From a virus: 64,000 nucleotides of DNA. Below the pieces are notes generated by a model that saw only the letters and a program-made list of their open reading frames with translations, made no database searches and had not been told where the DNA came from. The position numbers were made by a program, and so were the translations under genes. Within the stretch, counting starts at the first letter, position 1. Every line of letters starts with the position of its first letter. This document shows positions 36,975 through 46,805 of this stretch, piece by piece. Location: IMG/VR virus record IMGVR_UViG_3300032323_003835, positions 32,001-96,000 of that record; one strand, given 5' to 3'.

Positions 36975-37598
36975 ATGCAAAGATTTATATTAATTATTTT
37001 CTGCTTGATGTCAATTAGAGCAAACTCACAGGTAGTAATTATTGCGGGGGATCTTACCAGGGCAGGGGATCTTATCGATAATAGAATAGTCTACGATAAT
37101 AAACTTGGATGGAGGATAGATTGTAAAAAACTAGAGGATATTATTATCTCAGATTTAAATAGATTCAGAAGAAAAAACAATCTTAATAGATTAAAGATTT
37201 CAGAGAGATGCGACAGCGTGGCCAGAGAGCAAACAAGATACATGATAAAGAGTGGCAATTTTTCACACGAGAGAGATTCATTAGATTTCACGCAAAGAAT
37301 AAGACTAGTCATAGGAAAGGGTCACTTTGGGGAAAATCTATTTCGGGAAGAAACCCCTGCTCCCTTAGACCTTTATAGAGAAAATTACGAGAAGATAAAA
37401 TCGAAGTATCCAGGATTTAATTTCATGTGGGAAGCAGATAGAGCGACCTACACCATGCTTGCAAGTGAGATCATAAAAAAGTGGATTGATTCTCCTTCCC
37501 ATTATAAGAATTTGATCAATCCACTTTGGAATTATTTTTCGGTCAGTTCAGTTTCGACAGGTAAAGGAATTTATGTTACCCTTGTATTCGAAGAATGA
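36975..37598 (+). CDS. CAP/SCP-domain exported protein
   Basis: N..R...L, FSH, GENL, W.DSPSHYKNL. Confidence 0.8.
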   Translation: MQRFILIIFCLMSIRANSQVVIIAGDLTRAGDLIDNRIVYDNKLGWRIDCKKLEDIIISDLNRFRRKNNLNRLKISERCDSVAREQTRYMIKSGNFSHERDSLDFTQRIRLVIGKGHFGENLFREETPAPLDLYRENYEKIKSKYPGFNFMWEADRATYTMLASEIIKKWIDSPSHYKNLINPLWNYFSVSSVSTGKGIYVTLVFEE

Positions 37599-38882
37599 TT
37601 AAAACTTAGGACAAGACATGCTGCCCCATTTTCTTTTACTTTCCAATCTGTAAAATAACATGTTCCAGTCAATATTGAGTCTAAGCTTAGGTATCCTAAA
37701 TTTAGGTTTCTTACCTGCTGTAATAGTCACGAAGAAAGCTTTTTCCTTAACCTCTATTGGTTTTTTAGGATCTACCTTAATTGGTTCTGGTTTAGTTTCT
37801 GCTCCTTTAACCGGTTCTTCCTTTTTAGTGTCATTAAAAACTATTCCAGCTTCTACCGAAACTTTTTGATACTTCTTCAGAGCTTGTTTATTTGCATCGG
37901 TTTTATCCCATTCTTCACCGGATGTCCCAGTTAAATCCGTTCCAACAGGCTGAGACGCATAAGCAACCGTGGATTTTTTACCTGCATTGGTGCCTTTAGT
38001 CGATTTTTCTATTTTGGTGTCACCGTCAATTAATACCCCAATCTTAGCTAATTCTTCTTTTAAATACTTAATGGTAGATTCTGCTCTAAGATCAGAGAGT
38101 TCGGCAAAAGTATGTTTCTTTTTATCCTCAGGAGAAACTCCGTTTGGAATAGTAGAAGAAGATGTTGTAATCTTCAGAGAATTAAGATATGATTTAGGTT
38201 TGCCGTCCGGCGGGTTTAATTTAGAGATTGCTTCCTTAGAAGGATTTATCACATTTTCAGTTAACCACGTTTTAAATTTCTCCGAAAGTGTCCAACTATT
38301 AAACTCAAAGAAATCTGAAGTGTCAATATCTTGAGGAATTTCTAGTTTAACCTCTGGGTATAATATCGGAGGAGTGTCAGAAGATTTAGGATCTGTTGAT
38401 TCGCCAGGAGCTCCAGGGGTTTCGCGATTATTATAAAAATCAGCAGCATATATTTTTACATTCTTACCTAGATCTAATGGTGCTTTTCTATCCACTGGTT
38501 CTCCCTTGTAATCCTTCGGAAGCTTGTCATGAGTTGCATACACAATAAACATGGCATACTTCTCTGGAAATTTTTCTTTAAACCCCTCAAGAGCTGTCTT
38601 AGATTGATCGTCGCCAACAATTTTCAAAACTCTTTCTTCACAATCTGTAAATCCTTCGGTGTTCATCCAGTCTAAAAGGCTCATATCTTTGGTTAGTCCT
38701 TTTGCTAATGGATATCCCTCTGCCTTGTAATTATTATAGGATTTCAATGATGAAAATCCAACTTTACTTGTTCCAGAAGCGTCCTGATCGTTTGCTTTGA
38801 ATCCCCACACGTAGTAAGGATCTTCTTGCTCGTTCATTGCACTTTCATCATTCCATGATTTAAATTCTACTAAATACTTCAT
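37599..38882 (-). CDS. Protein with N-terminal motif and OmpA-like C-terminal region
   Basis: MKYLVEFKSWNDE; F.FNS..L, LSDLRAESTIKYL resemble the OmpA_C peptidoglycan-binding fold. Confidence 0.5.
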   Translation of the reverse strand: MKYLVEFKSWNDESAMNEQEDPYYVWGFKANDQDASGTSKVGFSSLKSYNNYKAEGYPLAKGLTKDMSLLDWMNTEGFTDCEERVLKIVGDDQSKTALEGFKEKFPEKYAMFIVYATHDKLPKDYKGEPVDRKAPLDLGKNVKIYAADFYNNRETPGAPGESTDPKSSDTPPILYPEVKLEIPQDIDTSDFFEFNSWTLSEKFKTWLTENVINPSKEAISKLNPPDGKPKSYLNSLKITTSSSTIPNGVSPEDKKKHTFAELSDLRAESTIKYLKEELAKIGVLIDGDTKIEKSTKGTNAGKKSTVAYASQPVGTDLTGTSGEEWDKTDANKQALKKYQKVSVEAGIVFNDTKKEEPVKGAETKPEPIKVDPKKPIEVKEKAFFVTITAGKKPKFRIPKLRLNIDWNMLFYRLESKRKWGSMSCPKF

Positions 38883-38920
38883 GTTTTTATTATTTCACTT
38901 ATATATCCAAGGAATGTCGA

Positions 38921-39352
38921 TTAGAGTTGCTCGATCGAAATAATATCGTCGCCCTGCTTAATCTGATCCAGTACATCTAATCCTCCTATTACCTTTCCAA
39001 AACAGGTATGATTATGATCTAGGTGTTGTGTACCCTGACGGTTAAAGCAGATGAAGAATTGAGATCCCCCAGTGTTACGACCAGCATGTGCCATACTTAA
39101 TACTCCACGATCATGAACCTGCATTTGACCCCCGGTCTCGCATGGGATTGTCCATCCTGGTCCACCGTCTCCTCTTTTATTAGGACAACCTCCTTGTGCT
39201 ACAAATCCCGGAATCACCCTATGGAAGTTTAATCCGTTATAGAATCCTTGATTGGATAGTTTTAAAAAGTTAGCAACAGTAACTGGGGTTGCCTCATCAT
39301 AAAGGTCTGCGATCATTTCGCCCTTTGTAGTTGTAATTTTAACTTGACTCAT
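38921..39352 (-). CDS. Cyclophilin-type peptidyl-prolyl isomerase
   Basis: FYNGLNFHRVIPGFVAQGG, SMAHAGRNTGGSQFFI, HLD..HT.FGKV. Confidence 0.95.
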   Translation of the reverse strand: MSQVKITTTKGEMIADLYDEATPVTVANFLKLSNQGFYNGLNFHRVIPGFVAQGGCPNKRGDGGPGWTIPCETGGQMQVHDRGVLSMAHAGRNTGGSQFFICFNRQGTQHLDHNHTCFGKVIGGLDVLDQIKQGDDIISIEQL

Positions 39353-39789
39353 ATATTTGTTTTTAAATGTTAACGTATCTCATCCAGTAATAAAGAATGA
39401 CTATCAGCAAAACTGTGATTGCTAATTTCTCTTGTGGGGTGGGTTCTGGATTATCCTTTCTCTTCATTTTTCTTATCAAATGTAATTTTAACGGCATCTC
39501 TCTCTAGCTTAGAGATTCTTCTAGAGATCTCTTCGGTTCTATCTTCTTGCTCACCGATCATAGAAAATATTTTATATACCAGAACCACAAACACAACACA
39601 TATAAATACTGCCATAGAATTTTTAATTTAACTATTATAGCTCTTCGTGTCAGTATATTTCAGAAATTGTCTAAATGTGTCACAGCACTTGAATCAACCA
39701 CCAGACTAGAAATCCGAGCAAAAGAGCGGAGGAAAGAGCGAATAATGCCTTTTTCATACCTATTTTAATTTACACATCTGCACATTCTT

Positions 39790-40920
39790 TTAAAATCCAA
39801 GCTCACCTAGATCTGCAAGGGTTGAAGCCGCGTCTCCAATTCTCTTGGAAACAGCATCAAATGCCTCCGGATAATTTTTCTTAAGCAGAATCATCGCTTC
39901 TGGGGTAAGATATTTGGCATCAATATTCGATGCTCTATCTAAAATAAACGGACCAAAAAGATTAGGATGCACACTTAAACCCTCCAGCCATCCTTCAAAA
40001 TTCCATTTCTTTATTTCGAAGGTATCCATCTTTTTTGGCCAATCTGGTGCATATTCGAACTTTCCCCCTATTTTTAAAGGTGCCCCAAATAATGAGGTAA
40101 GTTTTGAGCCGATAAAAAATCTTCCGCCAACCCTTAGAGGTGATCCTTCTAATGAATATAGGTTACTTCCTGTGCAAAGAAATTCTCTTCCAACATCCAA
40201 AGGTCCTCCTTTTAGTGAGGTAAGTTTATCATTACCGTATAATCTAAATGATGCTCCTACCTTCTCAGGAGATCCTTCTAATGAGGTAAGTCCTATATCC
40301 ATGGCCACAAAATCATGGAGAATCTCACCAAACTTAACTCCTCTAAATCCAAGATTGGTTCCTTGTGCTTCAAAATTTCCTAGAACGTCAATTTTTCCGG
40401 TTGTTTCGTTGATCCTCCATGTTTTCTTTGATGATTTATCCAGCCAATTAACTATGGATGGTGTAAGATTATATTTTTTATAAAGATCACCAAGAGGATC
40501 ATCAATCCCTGTTCTATCCAAAATCTCTTCCCTAATTTTTGGAAGTTCATCCAGATATTTTATCATCTCCGGGTTGTTCTTCATAAGGGTATCTAAATCA
40601 TCAATGGATACCTGGGTAATTCCTTTTTTAATAAATCTAGTAATCACATACCCTAACATTTTGGGCATTGGATTTTCCAATTGATATTGATAAACATAAC
40701 CTTGACTAGATGTTCTCACATATCCAGCTGAAGTAATTCTAAGTTTTACCCCGGAGTATGGACTATGTATTGTAAGGGTTCCGTTTTTATTGATGTCATA
40801 AATTTCAAAACCCATTAGCCTTAGAAATTTCCATTCGGGAAGATCTTGCCATGCACCAGCCCAGTCCTCTACTGTAACAATTTTAGATTCAAATATTTTA
40901 AAATTCTTTAGATGCTTCAT
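39790..40920 (-). CDS. LRR-like repeat protein with MKHL..FE leader and ADLGELGF tail (start revised)
   Basis: Internal MKHLKNFKIFES; 4 LTSL.G.P repeats; shared C-terminus. Confidence 0.8.
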   Translation of the reverse strand: MKHLKNFKIFESKIVTVEDWAGAWQDLPEWKFLRLMGFEIYDINKNGTLTIHSPYSGVKLRITSAGYVRTSSQGYVYQYQLENPMPKMLGYVITRFIKKGITQVSIDDLDTLMKNNPEMIKYLDELPKIREEILDRTGIDDPLGDLYKKYNLTPSIVNWLDKSSKKTWRINETTGKIDVLGNFEAQGTNLGFRGVKFGEILHDFVAMDIGLTSLEGSPEKVGASFRLYGNDKLTSLKGGPLDVGREFLCTGSNLYSLEGSPLRVGGRFFIGSKLTSLFGAPLKIGGKFEYAPDWPKKMDTFEIKKWNFEGWLEGLSVHPNLFGPFILDRASNIDAKYLTPEAMILLKKNYPEAFDAVSKRIGDAASTLADLGELGF

Positions 40921-40924
40921 ACCT

Positions 40925-41347
40925 TTATCTTTTTCCTTCGAGAACAACCTTTAGTCCATTGTTTCTGTCGATGTACATCCATTCACATGAAATGAGACCA
41001 AATTGGTCAAAATGATCTAGCACCTCGTCAGCTGAAAATTGTGAACATGAATAAATGTCAAATTGGAAGAAAGCAGGATCTTTGGCATCCCAAACGTGGA
41101 TGGCTGCATGTGAAGTAGCTAATGTAACAGTACCTGTGATACCTTCGTTACCTGGTTCATTCACGTAAACCGAGGTTGGTCCGGCAACAACTACCATTCT
41201 AACTCTTTCGACTAGATCTTTTAGCCACTGGTTTAAAACCTCTTCCTCTCTGGGAGGATTTTGAATATGACCTCTAACTAGGAGGTGGAGGTGATTGGGA
41301 ACGAACCCCGCTAATGTTTCTTTTTCTGTATGTGTATTCTCTTGCAT
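40925..41347 (-). CDS. speD: S-adenosylmethionine decarboxylase proenzyme
   Basis: HLLV.G, GITG...LATSH..IHVW, FDIYSC. Confidence 0.8.
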   Translation of the reverse strand: MQENTHTEKETLAGFVPNHLHLLVRGHIQNPPREEEVLNQWLKDLVERVRMVVVAGPTSVYVNEPGNEGITGTVTLATSHAAIHVWDAKDPAFFQFDIYSCSQFSADEVLDHFDQFGLISCEWMYIDRNNGLKVVLEGKR

Positions 41348-41359
41348 GGATCTATATAT

Positions 41360-42592
41360 TTAAAATCCTAACTCTCCTAAATCTGCAAGAGTTGAAGCAC
41401 CGTCTCCAATTTTCTTGGAAACAATATTGAATCCCTCCGGAGAATTTTTTTTAAGCATAATCATTATTTCTGGAGTAATAAATGGTCTAAGATCTTTGAC
41501 ATCTATCTCTTGTACCCTATCTAAAAGGAATTCGCTAAAAAGCCTTGGACTTATTCTGAAACTATCAATCCATCCCTTTAAATTCCATTTAATTCTATTT
41601 ATGTGATTATCATAACCAAAAAGTCCACCAATCTTCAGAGGTGCTCCCTCCATGGAGTCAAATGGATTTCCATGACAAGCAAAATTACCTTCAACCTCCA
41701 GCGGTGCTCCTTCTAGGGAGGTAAGTAGATTATTACTACAATGAAAACCCCCACCTATCTTCTGCGGAGATCCTTTTAGAGAAACGAGTTTATTGTTATA
41801 GCAATTAAAATCACCACCAACACTCTGTGGTGCTCCTTCTAGAGACGTAAGTTTATTTCCCGAACAATCAAATTTCCCACCAACCTCTGTTGGTGATCCC
41901 GCTAAAGAGGTAATTTTATTGTTATGGCAATCAAAATCCCAACCTACCTCTTGAGGTGCTCCCGTCAGGGAAGTAAGTTGATTTCCCCCACAATCAAAAT
42001 GCCTTCCTATCCTCCGAGGTGCTCCTACTAGGGATGTAAGACGATTACGAGAACAATCAAAAAACCCTTCAACCTCCAGCGGTGCTCCCTCTAGAGAGGT
42101 AAGTTCATTATCAGAACAATAGAAAGTACCCCCGACCTCTTGCGGTGATCCTTTTAGAGAAGCGAGTTTATTGTTATAGCAATTAAAATCACCACCAACA
42201 CTCTGTGGTGCTCCCTCTAGAGAAATTAGTTTATTACTGTAACAATGAAAGTTCCCACCAACCTTCCGCGGTGCTCCGTTTAACGAAGTAAGTTTATTAT
42301 CGTTACAGACAAAATTCCCTCCTACCTCTTGGGGTGCTCCTTTTAGAGAGGTAAGATTGTTTACGATATCAAAAACAATAAAATCACCAGTCACCACTCC
42401 AAAGGAAACAGGCAGCACTTTTTTCTTACTATCCGAGATCATAAAGTCACCATCAACATCAATTAGTCCAGTTTGCGGATTTAAAGACCATGTACCTGTA
42501 CCCGAATGGGTTCCCATATTCAGAAAAGACCTCTGTGACGGGGTTAAGTCGGAAGCAGATTCAAACAAGGAAAATTTCTTTAGATATTTCAT
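41360..42592 (-). CDS. LRR-like repeat protein (12 x 21 aa) with MKYLKKFSLFE leader and ADLGELGF tail
   Basis: Tandem 63-bp repeats N.LTSL.GAP..VGG.F.C. Confidence 0.88.
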   Translation of the reverse strand: MKYLKKFSLFESASDLTPSQRSFLNMGTHSGTGTWSLNPQTGLIDVDGDFMISDSKKKVLPVSFGVVTGDFIVFDIVNNLTSLKGAPQEVGGNFVCNDNKLTSLNGAPRKVGGNFHCYSNKLISLEGAPQSVGGDFNCYNNKLASLKGSPQEVGGTFYCSDNELTSLEGAPLEVEGFFDCSRNRLTSLVGAPRRIGRHFDCGGNQLTSLTGAPQEVGWDFDCHNNKITSLAGSPTEVGGKFDCSGNKLTSLEGAPQSVGGDFNCYNNKLVSLKGSPQKIGGGFHCSNNLLTSLEGAPLEVEGNFACHGNPFDSMEGAPLKIGGLFGYDNHINRIKWNLKGWIDSFRISPRLFSEFLLDRVQEIDVKDLRPFITPEIMIMLKKNSPEGFNIVSKKIGDGASTLADLGELGF

Positions 42593-42776
42593 TCCTTTAT
42601 ATATTTAAAATCCTAACTCACAACCGGACAAAGTTATAATATTTATATTTTTATCAAATCGGAAAAATTATCGGATCTATCATTTCGAATATGCTTGTAA
42701 TAAGAGATAGAAAAAGATTCGGTCCTTAATTTATTCCATGTAGTAGCGAATATATATTATAGTCAATAAAATAAAA

Positions 42777-43289
42777 ATGATGAGGTATATTAAAAGCTAC
42801 GACGAAAAATCAAATATAAACGAATCTGAAGAATATCCCGGATTGTACAAGGTATCAATAGATTTAATGCTCGACAGTGATTATGTAGATCCTATAATAT
42901 ATTTGCAGGAAATAATTGATCAGTTCCATGTTCAAATTATAAATATGCATCCCATAGGTCAAGGAGGGGGTAGCACAGAAGTAGTTTTTAGAGGGAAAGC
43001 TACTGACATTATGAGACTATTAAAATATCAAGAGGATCGTGCAAATTTTACCGGAGAAGAAACCAAGGATTTTGTAACAATTACAAATTTACCAAATCCT
43101 GCCGAGGATGATGGGTGGGAATATTTCGAAGAATTTGCAGTACCAGATTCCCCTATCCCTTTCAGTGTTCAATCTCTTCCTAGATTTTCTACAGACAAGA
43201 ATAGAAGATATATCAATTTGGACGGAACAGCAATTGATGCATCAGGAAGAGAACGACTCAAAGATATGTTCTCAACTAAGAACAATTAA
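42777..43289 (+). CDS. Hypothetical protein, inverted within the LRR array
   Basis: MRYIKSYDE..INE leader; AATATATA at 42749-42756. Confidence 0.7.
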   Translation: MMRYIKSYDEKSNINESEEYPGLYKVSIDLMLDSDYVDPIIYLQEIIDQFHVQIINMHPIGQGGGSTEVVFRGKATDIMRLLKYQEDRANFTGEETKDFVTITNLPNPAEDDGWEYFEEFAVPDSPIPFSVQSLPRFSTDKNRRYINLDGTAIDASGRERLKDMFSTKNN

Positions 43290-43308
43290 GAAGATTATCA
43301 CTCGAAAT

Positions 43309-44463
43309 TTAAAATCCTAGATCACCTAGGTCTGCAGCGGTGGTAGCTCCTTCCCCAAATCTCTTAGCCAGAATCTTAAAGGTCTCTGGTAATTTTTTTC
43401 TGATGATATTAAGGTCTTCCGGAGAGAGATCTCTAGGATCTATTTTTTCCGCCATGTTTGCAATAAAAGGTAAAAAAAGATCTGGGTCTTGCTCCATTCC
43501 CTGTAGCCAACCTTTTATATTCCATTTAATATCCGAAAAACGAGGGTGATATGAAAAATTACCTCCGATTCTCATCGGTGCACCCTCTAGAGAGGTAAGC
43601 GGATTGTATACACAGAGAAAATTTCTTCCGACCTCGATCGGCGCTCCTTCTAGAGAAGTGAGCTCGTTACTTTCACAACTAAAATTATCACTAACACCCT
43701 GTGGTGATCCTATTAAAGAGGTAAGATTATTTCTATCACAACGAAAATAAGGTCTAATTCCCTGTGGTGCTCCTACTAGGGATGTAAGACGATTACTACT
43801 ACAATCAAAACCACCCCCGATCTTAGAAGGTATTCCCTCCAGAGAGGTAAGCTCGTTGTTGCCACAATCGAAACCCCCTCCTACATCCTGTGGTGCTCCC
43901 TCTAAGGAGGTAAGTTGATTAGTATAACATATAAAATCGCCACCAACACTCGGGGGTGCTCCTGCTAGAGACGTAAGTTTATTTCCCGAACAATCAAATA
44001 CCCCACCAACCTCTGTTGGGGATCCCGCTAAAGAGGTAATTTTATTTTCCCGACATCTAAAATTCCCTCCTACATTCTGAGGTGCTCCTGTCAGAGAAGT
44101 AAGTTCATTTCCCCCACAATCAAAATTCCCTCCTATCCTCCGAGGTGCTCCCTCTAGAGAGGTAAGACGGATAACCCTACAAATAAAATTTCCTCCAACC
44201 TCTTGGGGAGCTCCTTTTAGGGAGGTGAAACTGTTTTTATATTGTTTAAAAGCAAAATTTCCCGACACAACACCAAATGAAACTGGCAGTAATGTTCTGG
44301 TAGTTTCACCAACACTAAAATCTCCATCAACGTCAATCAGACCGGTTTGAGAATTTAATGACCAGGTTCCACCACTTTGGGTTCCTTTGTTTAGGAAAGC
44401 TATCTGAGGGACGGATAGTTTGAAAGAGGATTCAAATAAGGAAAATTTCTTTAGATATTTCAC
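43309..44463 (-). CDS. LRR-like repeat protein (11 x 21 aa), paralog of 41360-42592
   Basis: GTG start, identical MKYLKKFSLFES, ADLGDLGF tail. Confidence 0.88.
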   Translation of the reverse strand: MKYLKKFSLFESSFKLSVPQIAFLNKGTQSGGTWSLNSQTGLIDVDGDFSVGETTRTLLPVSFGVVSGNFAFKQYKNSFTSLKGAPQEVGGNFICRVIRLTSLEGAPRRIGGNFDCGGNELTSLTGAPQNVGGNFRCRENKITSLAGSPTEVGGVFDCSGNKLTSLAGAPPSVGGDFICYTNQLTSLEGAPQDVGGGFDCGNNELTSLEGIPSKIGGGFDCSSNRLTSLVGAPQGIRPYFRCDRNNLTSLIGSPQGVSDNFSCESNELTSLEGAPIEVGRNFLCVYNPLTSLEGAPMRIGGNFSYHPRFSDIKWNIKGWLQGMEQDPDLFLPFIANMAEKIDPRDLSPEDLNIIRKKLPETFKILAKRFGEGATTAADLGDLGF

Positions 44464-44474
44464 CCTGTATATAT

Positions 44475-45131
44475 TTAGAATCCTAACTCGCCTAGGTCTG
44501 CAATTGTGTTAGCGCCTGGGTTGGCACTCAGGGTCTGCCAGATGGCGGGAAATCTTTGACGCAGGACTCTTGCAACTTCTGGTTTAACTTTCGCGGATAG
44601 AATCCCCTTCAGATGTGTGATAAGAAATTTAAGATCCTCTATGTCATAGGCATGTCCCTCAAAGAGCGAGATGTTAGAATTAATAAGCTCTACGTGTTCT
44701 TTCCTAATGAGGGTATCAGGGAAGATCTCCGCGTCACAAATGAGAAGGACAAGATCCGTCCAAAGGGATCTTAAACAATCTTCTGCTGTGGGAAAGTCCC
44801 CTCCATGAAAATATACATTACCATATCCACTAACAGGCCTATATCCCCAGGACCACATAATATCTACATCGGAGGTTGTTAAATTAGGACCAAAATTGGC
44901 ATTTTTCTTTATATAATTGGTTTCAACAGTAGGAAATACCGTAGTACCACCACGTTTAACGTACGAAAATCTAGCCCAGGTCTTAAACTTTTCCGAAGCC
45001 ATGCCTGTAGTTTTATTAATAGCAAGCAGATCTCTGCCCGCCTGGGTTTCTTCTAGAGCATACTTAAGTTCACTCTCAAGATCTTGTCTTGTCTTATTTT
45101 CGTAGAGTGTATAGGTCTGGAGGTGTTTCAT
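44475..45131 (-). CDS. Non-LRR protein with MKHL..YE leader and ADLGELGF tail
   Basis: Shares only the termini with its LRR neighbours. Confidence 0.75.
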   Translation of the reverse strand: MKHLQTYTLYENKTRQDLESELKYALEETQAGRDLLAINKTTGMASEKFKTWARFSYVKRGGTTVFPTVETNYIKKNANFGPNLTTSDVDIMWSWGYRPVSGYGNVYFHGGDFPTAEDCLRSLWTDLVLLICDAEIFPDTLIRKEHVELINSNISLFEGHAYDIEDLKFLITHLKGILSAKVKPEVARVLRQRFPAIWQTLSANPGANTIADLGELGF

Positions 45132-45202
45132 TGACTTATATATCTTTGTTCATCTAGATCAAGACCCCTAAATGGGTTTGGAAAACAGGATCCCGGAAAG
45201 GA

Positions 45203-45919
45203 CTAGTCCCAATAGTTGTGATGGTGTTTAAAGAATGATGGATTTTTGCGATTGAGATAAGATTTGATCATAATGCTAAACATCCAAAGAATTCCCTTGG
45301 ATCTAAATCTTCTGGGAGAGGTGTAAACCCCATCGATGCGGTGGATTCTAAAATCTCTCACCCCCACCTTCTGAGAGAGTGAGTAGTCCTCGGCAAATCT
45401 CTCCGACGGATCATATCCTCCTACCCTCCAATAGGTCTCTCTTTTCCATAATTGAAATCCACCAACTGCAAAAGGGGTGCCCAGAAGTTTGGATAGATGT
45501 TGGAACGCATCAAATGCTCTGAACACCCAGCGGTAGGGGGGATCTGTATGAAATGGAACTGTTAGCAGTCCAGGATTGAGACCCACACATTCTTTTAGAA
45601 TATCCGGCTGGGTGAGAAACACATCAGCATCTAGAAAAAGAAGCTGGGGGGTGGTAACAAGTTCACTTCCCTTCAGTCTGCCCTCACTAGGAAATCCTCC
45701 CTCAATCACTTCAATATTTAATATGTGGGAAAAGTCCTTCACCGCTCTCCTCACCCATTTAAGGGATTCTTTGGTGTCGGAGACATCCGCTATAATGATT
45801 CGGGTTCCTTCGATGTATAATTGGCGGGAGAGATGATAGACACAGTCCCAAAGGGTGCGTGATTCATTCTTAGCCGGGATCACAATAGTTAAATTATCCT
45901 TTAATGACTCTGTACTCAT
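45203..45919 (-). CDS. Glycosyltransferase family 2
   Basis: IVIPAKNE, LFLDAD, VGGYD...AED. Confidence 0.88.
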   Translation of the reverse strand: MSTESLKDNLTIVIPAKNESRTLWDCVYHLSRQLYIEGTRIIIADVSDTKESLKWVRRAVKDFSHILNIEVIEGGFPSEGRLKGSELVTTPQLLFLDADVFLTQPDILKECVGLNPGLLTVPFHTDPPYRWVFRAFDAFQHLSKLLGTPFAVGGFQLWKRETYWRVGGYDPSERFAEDYSLSQKVGVRDFRIHRIDGVYTSPRRFRSKGILWMFSIMIKSYLNRKNPSFFKHHHNYWD

Positions 45920-46583
45920 TCTTGTTGTATATGATATATGAATTGTTTTCTATCCAGTCTCCTGTGTTTAAATATCTAATGCCATCTATATGCCTATCTT
46001 CCGGGTGATGAATGTGTCCGCAGATAACAGTGTGACATCCTTGTTTTCTGGCTTGTCTTGCCAGTTCAACCTCAAATTGAGTGATAAACTTAACCGCTTC
46101 CTTTACCTTGTTCTTCAGGAACTTGCTTAGGCTTCTTCTCATGCCCCATTTTTTCAATGTCCGGTCAATAGAGATAGCAGCGTCATATCCGATGGATCCA
46201 AGTACACCTAACCATTTAAGGCTCACCACGCCATCATATAGATCTCCGTGAGTGATAAGGGTGTCTTTCCAAATGTACTCGTTATGAATCTCTATATTGC
46301 CAAAGGAGAATTCAAGGTACTCCCTAACAAACTCATCATGATTGCCGGGAATGTAAATTACCTTGGTGTTGTGCTTGGAATAAGAAAGAATCTTACGAAT
46401 AACATTGGTGTGAGACTGAGGCCAGCGAAACTTGCGTTTAAGTAACCATCCATCTATAATATCCCCGACCAGGAAAAGTGTTTCAGGCTCATATCTTTTT
46501 AGGAGAGCCAGGACATCATCTGCATTACTTCCTTTACTGCCTAGATGCACATCGCTAATAAAGAGTGCTTCGATTTTTTCCAT
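45894..46583 (-). CDS. UDP-2,3-diacylglucosamine diphosphatase-like metallophosphoesterase (LpxH family)
   Basis: ISDVHLG, LVGDIIDGW, PGNHD, HGD, CGHIH, N.GDW. Confidence 0.85.
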   Translation of the reverse strand: MEKIEALFISDVHLGSKGSNADDVLALLKRYEPETLFLVGDIIDGWLLKRKFRWPQSHTNVIRKILSYSKHNTKVIYIPGNHDEFVREYLEFSFGNIEIHNEYIWKDTLITHGDLYDGVVSLKWLGVLGSIGYDAAISIDRTLKKWGMRRSLSKFLKNKVKEAVKFITQFEVELARQARKQGCHTVICGHIHHPEDRHIDGIRYLNTGDWIENNSYIIYNKNEYRVIKG

Positions 46584-46805
46584 GGATTATGTTATATCTC
46601 TTATTTATCCCCGGATCTCTATTTAGTAAGGGAATACCACGCGAACAAATGATTAATATTAAAAGGGGGCGGGGGGCCGAATCTCCAGTCCACTGGAAAG
46701 CGCGCCCTTAAAAATACCGAGGAGAATCTCAGAAACCGCCCCGTATGGCCATAAAAAAAGATCTGACCGGTTAAGATCAGATCTCTTTCACTATAAGACA
46801 ATCCC

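Noticed and set aside
39790-44463. Diversity-generating retroelement behind LRR variation
   Set aside because: No reverse transcriptase and no template/variable repeat pair with adenine-specific differences seen
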